From a virus, in the IMG/VR virus record IMGVR_UViG_3300032331_002448, positions 20,150-84,149 of that record: a stretch of DNA of 64,000 nucleotides, one strand, 5' to 3'. This document shows positions 18,111 to 25,931 of this stretch, piece by piece (positions within the stretch are counted from its first letter, which is position 1; every line of letters starts with the position of its first letter). Under the pieces are notes generated by a model. The model was not told where the DNA came from. It made no database searches and saw nothing but the letters and a program-made list of their open reading frames with translations. Both the position numbers and the translations under genes were made by a program.

Positions 18111-18548
18111 TTACTTGGGAAGGTAGCTACGGATCAAAGACACTGCATCTTTCTTAGGAAGGCCGCCGCTAATGTGCTCCTCAAAGAACTTAGAAACGGT
18201 TAAACCAGTTGGAGTTTCAGCGGCAGCTTTAAAGTCAGCGTATTTAGCAGCAGCTTTATCAGGCAACCAAAGCTCAGCAACTTTGCCAGCAACGTAAGCA
18301 ATTTCACCGCCAGTAAGTTTGCCGTCGCCCACGGCTTCTACTGCAAGGCGAATAGCTTGCGCAGTTTCTGAACCACTCCACTTGTTCATGTACATGATAA
18401 GTGCAGGATCAAGAATGTCAAAGATGCGCTTAAGCAAAGGACCGTACTTAAGAGCAGTACCCAACGCCCTTAAGGTGCTGAGTTTATTAAAGCCTGCCAC
18501 CGCAATTGCACCAACTGCAGCGGCAATGATGGGTTCTAGAAATGTCAT
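18111..18548 (-). CDS. hypothetical membrane-anchored protein (possible holin-like)
   Basis: Hydrophobic N-terminus. Confidence 0.5.
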   Translation of the reverse strand: MTFLEPIIAAAVGAIAVAGFNKLSTLRALGTALKYGPLLKRIFDILDPALIMYMNKWSGSETAQAIRLAVEAVGDGKLTGGEIAYVAGKVAELWLPDKAAAKYADFKAAAETPTGLTVSKFFEEHISGGLPKKDAVSLIRSYLPK

Positions 18549-18587
18549 AATTGTTCTTCTCTTGACTTTAATTTAGCATCAAAAACG

Positions 18588-21500
18588 TTATCGGTTGAAT
18601 CGCAAACTAAGTTGTTCTTGCGGTTCAACATAACGGAATTGACCAGAAGATTGTCCCGCTCTTCGTGCCATGTAATCACTAAGCTGTTGCCTTAGAGTAT
18701 CAGCTTCTGTTGGCGTTGAAGCTGCCTTGCTTGTGCCAGGGATAGTCAGCTGCCCTGCTGACCGACTGGTAGACACAGCTTGTGCCCTGTACCGCTCAAG
18801 ATCAGATGGACGTGAAGGTGGCGTAATACCTGGGCCTAACGTTTGCCCAAGAACGTCCTCTGCAAACCGAGTAACCCGTGTACCTAAGTGAGGATTGTAC
18901 GGTTCGGACATCGGAGTATGCGGTGTTTCATGTCCTGAGATACTACGTCGTGTCATTTCAGGGCCAGTAGACATTCCTGCATAACGCCCTGATTCTCCTG
19001 CAATCATTTGTTGACGTGCAGTTTGTTTTTGACGCGCTTGCTCTAGTAAAGCTTCTTGTGCAATTTTTTCAGTTTGTTTGTTTCTTGCAAGTTTTGCACT
19101 TTGTTGTTGTAGCTGTCGCGCAGATAGTTTAGGAGTTTGTTCAGCTGCTGTGATAAAAGATTCAGTTGATCCTGCGGGCCTAATAGCAGCAAGCGGATCT
19201 CGTGATGGATACAATGAGCTGCTAGCTACTTGTGACCAATCTGTTTTTTCTGTTTTTGGTAAATTAACATCACCAGCTAACCCTGCCCGAATATCACGTT
19301 CAAGTTGCATTTGAACTGCAATATTTGCACCTTGCTCTGAAGTACCACGCCGACCGGGTTTATTTTGTCGTTCAGTTGCTTGGTTTTTTAAACGAACACT
19401 TTGCATTAGCAAGTTACTAGCACCTTCAAGATCTCCTTTGGCTTTAAGTGCTTTTGCTTGTTCGTTTAACTCATGAGTACGTTCAAGAAGACTCAATGCA
19501 GCTTTACGTTCTTTGCGTGGCGCAAACTCAGCAGAGGAAACAAGTGCTCGTTGAACATAAGTTAAACCTTCTGGTGTTTTTAACCAAGGTTGTTCAGCTG
19601 CAATTGTTGGATCAGCAATAGAAGCAGGGTTAACTCCTTCTTCCGTACCGGCACGATAACCTTTACCAGAAGCAGTGACCATGACCTGTTCTGGAGAAAT
19701 TTCTCCTCGGCCTAATCCTTTAAACCCAATGTTAGTTGGGGTTTCAGCTGCTGTTTGATATAACTCAGGAGTGTATAAAGATTTGTAAGCTTGGCGAGGT
19801 TCTGCTCCATAAATTCCTAAAGGATTCTGTTCCGTTGAAAATGATGGATGACTAAGGAAGGTAAACCCACGAGTGCCTTCGCTACCTGCACGCATTAATC
19901 CCAGGTTTGCAAGATTTTCTTCAGTGCGTGCAGTTTTTCCTGCTAATTGGTTTTGAACATTTTCATGCTCAAGCTCCCATTTGCTTAACTCTTGTGCGTA
20001 TGGAGCAATGCTTGGATGGAGATGAGGAGCAGCATCAAAGTTAGCAATGTCGCGTGGATCTCTTAATTGGCTGCGCTTTATTTCAATAGCTGCTTGAAGA
20101 GCACTACCAGCTGCAGATTTTTTGTTTAAAGCTTCAATTTCTTGACCACGTAAAAACTTGATTTCACTACCAGCGCGATTTAAGCCTGGATGAGCAATGC
20201 CCATTTCTCCAAGCTCAATTGCTTTTTGTTCTGCACTTAAAGGAATAGAACCTTCTGTACCCGTAACCCCTACCTCGTAAGGAAGCTTGCGAAGATTACT
20301 AATATCTAGTAAAAATTTTGATGTAGGAACATTTTCTAATACGTCCGTTCCAGCAGGAGAAGTTCCTGCGTAGGCAGTAGTAGAAAGATCTTTTAATGCC
20401 CTTCCTTTTAAAACATCCTCAACAATTCCAGTATCGCCAGTAGTTGCAGAAAGGTTTAGTGCTTTTTGCAAATCTTGATAAATGTATTTATTGCTTGGAC
20501 TTGGTTCTCTCTTTCCATATTCCAAACTTCCTTTGTAGTATGGCGCCAGTCGATCTTGAATAGATGGGCGATTAACTGGTGCGTAATTAGAAATTGGAGT
20601 TGATTGCGGAACGCCAATATCTGATGTTTGCTGGTCAAAGTTTACATTGCGTTCAAAGCCAGGCATTGCAACAGGGCCTGCAGCTGTTACATCGCTAATT
20701 GATTGAGCAGGAGGTAAAAGATTTTGCGTTGTAGGCAGCTGCGTAGTTCTTGTTTGTTGCAGCTCTGTTAAGAAACTTTGCGCACGATCAGCAACAGATG
20801 CCTCTCCAGTCCACGGTTTATTGCTACGAACAGTGTACTCGCCAGTAAAAGGATCTGCGGTGTGAGTGTAACCAAGAGCCGCAGGAGATTCAGTCTGTTG
20901 AATCCAGTCTCGTGTTGCAGTTGAAACAGGTCTACCTTCTGAGTAACTACTGGCGGGAGCACCACCAATAATTCCTAATCCACTTGAACGTGCTGCAAGA
21001 ACATCTGGTGTAGCACGTCGAAAGGCTGGATGAAGAGGATTGACAAGATCTGGTACATATTCAGCTTCTTTGTCAGGGCGATAAAGATTTGCACTGCCAG
21101 CAGCAGTAGAAGCTACATCAAGTGGACCACGTGGTTGAGGTGAAAAGTTCTGGCTAGTAGCAATTGTTGGAGAGCCAGTACCAAACCCCTTACCCATTGC
21201 ATCTTTTAAATCAACTTGCGGAGGCGCACCGCTTGTTGCTTGCAATAATCGTGTCTGCGAAGGAATAACATCCTGGGAGTAACGCTGTGCAGTAGTAGGT
21301 GGAGTCACATCACCGGATGTTTCAACAACTTGCGTGCCAGGAGTACGCACATTGCCCATCATCCCGCCAAGGAAATCAGAGACGCGAGTTTTAATATCAC
21401 CAATATGAGTATTGATAGCGCCAGCAGCTTCCTGTGCTGCACGTTGAACGGTTGGATTACGCGCTAAAGCTACGCCACCAGCAATACCACCAGCAACAAG

Positions 21501-21860
21501 AGCTGTTTTTCCTGCAATATCAACTGCACGACGGAACCTACCCTGCTCTACAGCATGGTCAGCCTGCTCACTTTCATAATGTTGGCTGGTTAACGACTGA
21601 TCATGGGTGCCAGCAACCTTAGGGATGCGATTATCTGGTGTAACAGGCGCTTGAATTAAAGAATCAGCATTTGGATGAGCAACAGCATCAGGTTGATCAT
21701 AAGAAATGCGAGAAATATCCCTAACGCCCCCTTTACGACCTAAATTGCGGGTGAAATTATGTACTTCAGGTGCAAGTGCAGCCCTTTCGTGAACACTACG
21801 AGGGTATTCATTGCCAGTAAGCCTTGCCCACAGGTCAAAATCTTGCGGAGAGACAGGCAT
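18588..21860 (-). CDS. large low-complexity hypothetical protein (1090 aa), probably virion-internal
   Basis: Long ORF at the head of the late cluster; no recognised domain. Confidence 0.65.
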   Translation of the reverse strand: MPVSPQDFDLWARLTGNEYPRSVHERAALAPEVHNFTRNLGRKGGVRDISRISYDQPDAVAHPNADSLIQAPVTPDNRIPKVAGTHDQSLTSQHYESEQADHAVEQGRFRRAVDIAGKTALVAGGIAGGVALARNPTVQRAAQEAAGAINTHIGDIKTRVSDFLGGMMGNVRTPGTQVVETSGDVTPPTTAQRYSQDVIPSQTRLLQATSGAPPQVDLKDAMGKGFGTGSPTIATSQNFSPQPRGPLDVASTAAGSANLYRPDKEAEYVPDLVNPLHPAFRRATPDVLAARSSGLGIIGGAPASSYSEGRPVSTATRDWIQQTESPAALGYTHTADPFTGEYTVRSNKPWTGEASVADRAQSFLTELQQTRTTQLPTTQNLLPPAQSISDVTAAGPVAMPGFERNVNFDQQTSDIGVPQSTPISNYAPVNRPSIQDRLAPYYKGSLEYGKREPSPSNKYIYQDLQKALNLSATTGDTGIVEDVLKGRALKDLSTTAYAGTSPAGTDVLENVPTSKFLLDISNLRKLPYEVGVTGTEGSIPLSAEQKAIELGEMGIAHPGLNRAGSEIKFLRGQEIEALNKKSAAGSALQAAIEIKRSQLRDPRDIANFDAAPHLHPSIAPYAQELSKWELEHENVQNQLAGKTARTEENLANLGLMRAGSEGTRGFTFLSHPSFSTEQNPLGIYGAEPRQAYKSLYTPELYQTAAETPTNIGFKGLGRGEISPEQVMVTASGKGYRAGTEEGVNPASIADPTIAAEQPWLKTPEGLTYVQRALVSSAEFAPRKERKAALSLLERTHELNEQAKALKAKGDLEGASNLLMQSVRLKNQATERQNKPGRRGTSEQGANIAVQMQLERDIRAGLAGDVNLPKTEKTDWSQVASSSLYPSRDPLAAIRPAGSTESFITAAEQTPKLSARQLQQQSAKLARNKQTEKIAQEALLEQARQKQTARQQMIAGESGRYAGMSTGPEMTRRSISGHETPHTPMSEPYNPHLGTRVTRFAEDVLGQTLGPGITPPSRPSDLERYRAQAVSTSRSAGQLTIPGTSKAASTPTEADTLRQQLSDYMARRAGQSSGQFRYVEPQEQLSLRFNR

Positions 21861-22108
21861 CTTTATAGTTTTTTTCTTGATATAAACGATTTTAATGCTT
21901 CTACATGCGCCAGGAGGTAAATAATCACCCCTAATCGGCCATAGAAATGGCCAATTTGGGGTAAAAATTCCAACAGGTATCAGAGTTACTATACGCGCGG
22001 CGGGCCGTGCGAGGAAAAAAAGAAAGGAGGGAGCTGTTCCGTGCGGAGGTGAATGAGTGAAGGGTGATGGCCTTGTAGGGGATAGGCTCCCTTCGATTAG
22101 AGGTTATT

Positions 22109-22345
22109 GTGACTGAGACCAATTTGCTGGCCAAGAAAGCTCTTGCGAAGGCAAAAGAGATGGGCTGGGAAGCCCGCTGCCAGTATGACCAGTCTGACGT
22201 GTTGGATTGGTCTACGGTGGTGGCTTGGGAGCCAGGTGCATCCCGAGCCCGCTACATAACGTTTATTGAAGGAACCGAAGCCCGCAAGGGCTGGGTTCCG
22301 TTGAAGGATATTGAGCAAAGGTTGAAGCGTACTGATTGTTACTGA
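22109..22345 (+). CDS. hypothetical early protein
   Basis: GAGG RBS plus GTG; stop lies inside the next RNA element. Confidence 0.6.
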   Translation: MTETNLLAKKALAKAKEMGWEARCQYDQSDVLDWSTVVAWEPGASRARYITFIEGTEARKGWVPLKDIEQRLKRTDCY

Positions 22346-22413
22346 GTGAAAGGCGTGAGCTGGGGGATCGAATCCCCCCACTTGGTGTTGCCTTTAGCGG
22401 AGATAGGCACCGC
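22340..22413 (+). ncRNA. tRNA-like junction plus pseudoknot A (copy 1)
   Basis: TACTGAG/CTTGGTG closing stem, GGGG-ATCGAAT-CCCC T-loop, TGCCT..GCGG-AGAT-AGGCA-CCGC. Confidence 0.7.
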
Positions 22414-22428
22414 GCAACGGAGAACACC

Positions 22429-22584
22429 GTGCAAGAAGGTACCGAAAGCTGGAAGATGGTTGTTGCACGCGCAGCAACTGCCGCCGTGCTGACGTATGTG
22501 ACGCGGGAAGCTGTGAAAGCAGCGGCCCCGCATGTAAAGCAGTTCCTTGTTTCAAAGTTTATGAAGCAAGAAGAAGCTGCATGA
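22429..22584 (+). CDS. small hypothetical protein (51 aa)
   Basis: GGAG RBS plus GTG 22429, in frame with the track ORF. Confidence 0.6.
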   Translation: MQEGTESWKMVVARAATAAVLTYVTREAVKAAAPHVKQFLVSKFMKQEEAA

Positions 22585-22585
22585 T

Positions 22586-22646
22586 GGCGAAACCAGTGGG
22601 CGCAAGCCCCTGGTCGGGTAGCTTGAGATGCTGCCCCTGACGAGCC
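22586..22646 (+). ncRNA. type II hammerhead ribozyme 1
   Basis: GGC-GAAA-stem III-GTC(22613-15)-stem I GGGTAGC/GCTGCCC-CTGACGA-GCC; full conserved core. Confidence 0.88.
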
Positions 22647-23017
22647 TCTCTTTATAGCTTAAATATACCTTTATATTTAACGAATCGCTATATATTATTA
22701 ACTAAATAGAGATTAATGCCCTTAAATAATACTATCACCCCCTTAAAACCCAGTCGTACCAACCCCTCTCACGTTTGGAACGCCAGGTAGGAAGTAACTG
22801 CGCAACGTGCAGAACGTGCGCTGCGTACCGCCTGTGGAGAGAGTATCTTGATGCTTTTGACACTTGATGCAGATTACTGCATTTAATCAGGAATTTTGCT
22901 TGGTAGTTAATTACCAGATGGTTGCCTCCAGGGAATTAACCCTAGATGCAGCCTTTAGGTTGCGATTAACAGCCTGAGCTTGTTGTCTGCATTGCAGGTA
23001 ACTGAGTAAAGGTTTTT

Positions 23018-23041
23018 TGCTCCAGGGAAGATAAGCACCCC
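23018..23041 (+). ncRNA. pseudoknot A (degenerate copy)
   Basis: TGCT-CCA-GGGA-AGAT-AAGCA-CCCC. Confidence 0.55.
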
Positions 23042-23057
23042 ACCGTTAGTTAAGACC

Positions 23058-23234
23058 ATGAAAGCTTTTGCTGTTGGTTTGATGATTGCTGCAGGTTTCA
23101 CAGCTGTAGCTACTGCACCGATCATGATGCGTAGCACCTATGAAGCTACTGCTGCCAGGTGCATTGCAAGAGGACTGCCTGTTACGGAAGCAACAGGTTA
23201 TCTCAAGCTTTGTAACGCCACATTGAACAACTGA
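23058..23234 (+). CDS. small exported/membrane protein (58 aa)
   Basis: Manually translated MKAFAVGLMIAAGFTAVATAP...; signal-like N-terminus, two Cys. Confidence 0.6.
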   Translation: MKAFAVGLMIAAGFTAVATAPIMMRSTYEATAARCIARGLPVTEATGYLKLCNATLNN

Positions 23235-23304
23235 GTCCGTCAAAGCGGCGTGCCTGGGTGCAAAACCCAGGCCAGTTATTGCCTCCAGAGGAGATGGGCA
23301 CCTC
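23229..23304 (+). ncRNA. tRNA-like junction plus pseudoknot A (copy 2)
   Basis: AACTG/CAGTT, CCG/CGG, GCCTGGG-TGCAAAA-CCCAGGC; TGCCT/GGGCA and GAGG/CCTC. Confidence 0.8.
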
Positions 23305-23321
23305 ACCAGCAGGAGAACACT

Positions 23322-23486
23322 GTGCTTGACACAGTAACAGTCGATCAGGACGAATATTACGAGCTTCTGCCTTGCGGTGGAGTTGTCGTAATACTGTACC
23401 GAGAATCGGCGCAAAACTCTGGCTATACGGTCGAAGAGTGTGATTTTGCACTCTACGGACCTGTAGAAAGAGAGGCTGAGCCGTAA
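23322..23486 (+). CDS. small acidic hypothetical protein (54 aa)
   Basis: AGGAG RBS plus GTG 23322. Confidence 0.6.
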   Translation: MLDTVTVDQDEYYELLPCGGVVVILYRESAQNSGYTVEECDFALYGPVEREAEP

Positions 23487-23548
23487 AGACGGCCTAGGGA
23501 GGTTTGATGCCTCCCACAGCTATTGCCTACAGCGGAGATAGGCACCGC
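23474..23548 (+). ncRNA. tRNA-like junction plus pseudoknot A (copy 3)
   Basis: GGCTG/CAGCT, CCGT/ACGG, GGGAGG-TTTGATG-CCTCCC; TGCCT/AGGCA and GCGG/CCGC. Confidence 0.8.
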
Positions 23549-23565
23549 ACACCAGGAGCACCCTG

Positions 23566-23817
23566 ATGACCACCTTTGAGTCTGTGAGCGAGCAACTGCA
23601 CCCGCAGTCCGCCTCGGTGTTTTATGCCACTGAGGAAGCAATGAAGAACATTGTTGCTAGCGATGAAATTGCTACGCGGAACAAGGTGATTGCTGTTGTT
23701 GCTGTTGCTGCAGGTGTTGCTGCAGGTGTTGCATACTTTGCAGCACGTTCAAGATTGAAGACCCGAGTCGCTGATCTAATGAAGAAGACAGTAACTACAA
23801 CTGCTGAGTCCGTTTAA
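23566..23817 (+). CDS. small single-TM hypothetical protein
   Basis: AGGAG RBS; VIAVVAVAAGVAAGVAYFAA. Confidence 0.65.
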   Translation: MTTFESVSEQLHPQSASVFYATEEAMKNIVASDEIATRNKVIAVVAVAAGVAAGVAYFAARSRLKTRVADLMKKTVTTTAESV

Positions 23818-23877
23818 GCGGCCAGGGAGGTGCAATGCCTCCCGTCAGCTATTGCCTACAGCGGAGATGGGCACCGC
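23803..23877 (+). ncRNA. tRNA-like junction plus pseudoknot A (copy 4)
   Basis: GCTGA/TCAGC, CCG/CGG, GGGAGG-TGCAATG-CCTCCC; TGCCT/GGGCA and GCGG/CCGC. Confidence 0.8.
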
Positions 23878-23894
23878 ACACACCTTGAGGTTTT

Positions 23895-24128
23895 ATGACC
23901 AGCAACACGTTGGTTTATGCTGTCCTTGGCCGTATTTATAGTGAATGCGGTTCAGATGAGACTTGGATTCATTCTGTTCACGCAAGTGAAGAAAGTGCGT
24001 ACGAGCAACGAGCTACTTTAATTAAAGAGTCTTTGCAGAATAAACTTGCTGAAATTGAAGCGGATAACAAAGTTTTTATTGATATGAGGAAGTATTGGAG
24101 TGTTGCAAGCTATGAACTAATCCGTTAA
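23895..24128 (+). CDS. small hypothetical protein
   Basis: GAGG RBS; ORF track. Confidence 0.65.
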   Translation: MTSNTLVYAVLGRIYSECGSDETWIHSVHASEESAYEQRATLIKESLQNKLAEIEADNKVFIDMRKYWSVASYELIR

Positions 24129-24190
24129 AGCGGGTGGCCAGGTGCAAACCCTGGCCTAGTTATTGCCCTGTTCGCGCCTTGGGCAAGCGC
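24115..24190 (+). ncRNA. tRNA-like junction plus variant pseudoknot (copy 5)
   Basis: AACTA/TAGTT, CCG/CGG, GGCCAGG-TGCAAAC-CCTGGCC; TTGCCC/GGGCAA and GCGC/GCGC. Confidence 0.75.
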
Positions 24191-24204
24191 ACCGCCTTGT
24201 AGCC

Positions 24205-24453
24205 GTGACTGAAGTTTCGGTGTACAACGTCATCCAGGATCTTCGTATCCTGGCACGAAGAGACTGGCCTGCTGGTCCTGTGGATCAGCAGTTAGAGTCC
24301 TTTAGGCTGCAGTTCTTCACTGCGTTTGAGCAGTGGATGGACGGCGCCACGGTAGATCTTGTTCCATTTATGGAGCACGCTACCAGAGTGGTCTCGGTCA
24401 ATCGAGACCTTGTGCGCTGGCTTAAGCGTAAGCTTGAGCAAGACGCTGTGTAG
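24205..24453 (+). CDS. small hypothetical protein
   Basis: GTG 24205 in frame with the track ORF; TAG stop is part of hammerhead stem II. Confidence 0.6.
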   Translation: MTEVSVYNVIQDLRILARRDWPAGPVDQQLESFRLQFFTAFEQWMDGATVDLVPFMEHATRVVSVNRDLVRWLKRKLEQDAV

Positions 24454-24522
24454 GCGAAACTGGGAGCTGTGCTTGCATGGTTCCCGGTCTGCCAGGTTGA
24501 CGCCCTGGCACTGATGAGCCTG
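24451..24522 (+). ncRNA. type II hammerhead ribozyme 2
   Basis: TAGGC-GAAA-12-bp stem III-GTC(24487-89)-stem I TGCCAGG/CCTGGCA-CTGATGA-GCCTG. Confidence 0.92.
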
Positions 24523-24576
24523 TCAGTAAACCTTGGTTACTTGTTGTTGCAATGAGTAACCGAGTAAAGGATATTA

Positions 24577-24600
24577 GCCTCCTAGGGAGATAGGCACCCT
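24577..24600 (+). ncRNA. pseudoknot A copy
   Basis: GCCT-CCT-AGGG-AGAT-AGGC-A-CCCT. Confidence 0.7.
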
Positions 24601-24629
24601 ACCAAGTTATCTAGAGGATAACGAAATCA

Positions 24630-24851
24630 ATGAGCAAAAGAAGGTATTACTTTTCTTTGCTCACTATGAGCACCGCAGCTGCCATTGTTTATGTTGGTGG
24701 CATTCGCTTGCAAGAACAGAGTAATGCTGCTGCAGTTAAACACTGTACTGGTATTTACAAAGTTGTATCAAGCTCTACAGCGTTTGGTCCTGTCAAACGT
24801 TGTGTTTCTATTGTTCAATCTGACGGTCCTTCACTTCCTTTGCAACCATGA
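24630..24851 (+). CDS. small membrane-anchored hypothetical protein
   Basis: GAGGA RBS; hydrophobic N-terminus, two Cys. Confidence 0.6.
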   Translation: MSKRRYYFSLLTMSTAAAIVYVGGIRLQEQSNAAAVKHCTGIYKVVSSSTAFGPVKRCVSIVQSDGPSLPLQP

Positions 24852-25081
24852 ACAGAATTAACGTCTCTTCTTCGCTTGATTTGCTGCCAGAAACTGTTGC
24901 TTACCTGATGGTCATTGCAGCTGAGAATAACGTGACGCTTGATGAAATGCTTGCTCAAATTCTAGATGAGAGCGTTGTTGCCAGTATGGCAATTGACAAA
25001 CACATCGCTGAGCAGGAAGCAGCTAAAGATTCTTACGAGATGAACGTAGAGAAGCAGGTTGAAGAGCAACTCTCTTCATAA
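24848..25081 (+). CDS. small hypothetical protein (possible ribbon-helix-helix)
   Basis: LDLLPETVAYLMVIAAENNVTLDEMLAQIL pattern. Confidence 0.5.
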   Translation: MNRINVSSSLDLLPETVAYLMVIAAENNVTLDEMLAQILDESVVASMAIDKHIAEQEAAKDSYEMNVEKQVEEQLSS

Positions 25082-25372
25082 TTTCTTTACATTCCCTTAT
25101 GGCCAACAGCAGCCTGGCCTTGGATGCTGCAATTCACTTGCTTTACAGTCATGCAACTGTTCCAAGATCTTACCCGCCAGGAAGAAACCGAGTTTCGCAA
25201 CTGGGCCAGGGAGAACTACCTTCCTTTTGCTGACATCAGGGGCATTTGGCATCCTGTTGTCCAAGATGAATGCCGTCGCATCAACGAACAAGCACAAGTT
25301 TTTGGATGATAAATCCGCAGTTGCTTATCTTGTTGATAGGTAATTGTGTGCAGGATTAAGTGACATCTTGAT

Positions 25373-25424
25373 GTCAGCACTCAGGGGCGTAAGGTTTCTT
25401 AATCTTATGCCCTTTTCTGCTGGC
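25373..25424 (+). promoter_or_regulatory. RNase III-like processing stem upstream of ssb
   Basis: GTCAGCA-CTC-14-bp stem-TTC-TGCTGGC. Confidence 0.6.
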
Positions 25425-25458
25425 TTCTTTTGAAGTCAGTGTTCTTTGCTTTAGCACC

Positions 25459-25926
25459 ATGTCAGCTGCAAACAGCGGCACTATTGTCGGTACTATTGTG
25501 ACCGACATCACGACCAGGGTTCCTAATGACAGTCTGCAGGTCACGCAATTCCGCGTTGCTCCTGTCGATAGCAAGGAAACCGAGTCTCCCATTCCTCTGA
25601 CCGCATACAATGGTGTCGGTCAGAAGATCCTCCAGCGGTACAACAAAGGTGACACTGTTGCCATTGAGTACCGTCTGCGCTACACCACCTGGCAGACGCC
25701 AGAGGGTGAGCCCCGTGGCCGTATGGAAGTGGTTGTTGTTTCGACTACGACCATCCGCCTTGGCCAACTGAGCATTGCTCAAAGAGCTGAGCGTGCTGCA
25801 GCAAATCAGTCTGCGCCAGCACCTGAACCTGTTGAAGCAAGCGATCGTACTGCTGCTGTCAACAGACTTGCCAACTTTATTGAAGGCAAGAAGGATAAAG
25901 TTCTAGAAGCAGACCCTGTGTTCTGA
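25459..25926 (+). CDS. ssb: single-stranded DNA-binding protein
   Basis: OB-fold pattern KGDTVAIEYRLRYTTWQTPEG; C-terminal DPVF. Confidence 0.8.
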   Translation: MSAANSGTIVGTIVTDITTRVPNDSLQVTQFRVAPVDSKETESPIPLTAYNGVGQKILQRYNKGDTVAIEYRLRYTTWQTPEGEPRGRMEVVVVSTTTIRLGQLSIAQRAERAAANQSAPAPEPVEASDRTAAVNRLANFIEGKKDKVLEADPVF

Positions 25927-25931
25927 TTACT

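Noticed and set aside
22747-22765. Similarity of AAACCCAGTCGTACCAA to the reverse complement of 61750-61770
   Set aside because: Short, with several mismatches; cannot be told from chance without relatives
23229-24161. Twister-sister ribozyme assignment for the junction elements
   Set aside because: The UGCAA loop is similar, but the conserved cleavage-site internal loop is not evident
22340-24600. CRISPR array or integron attC cassette array
   Set aside because: Spacers are whole ORFs of variable length, repeats are not identical, no cas or integrase gene is in the window, and no attC core sites are evident
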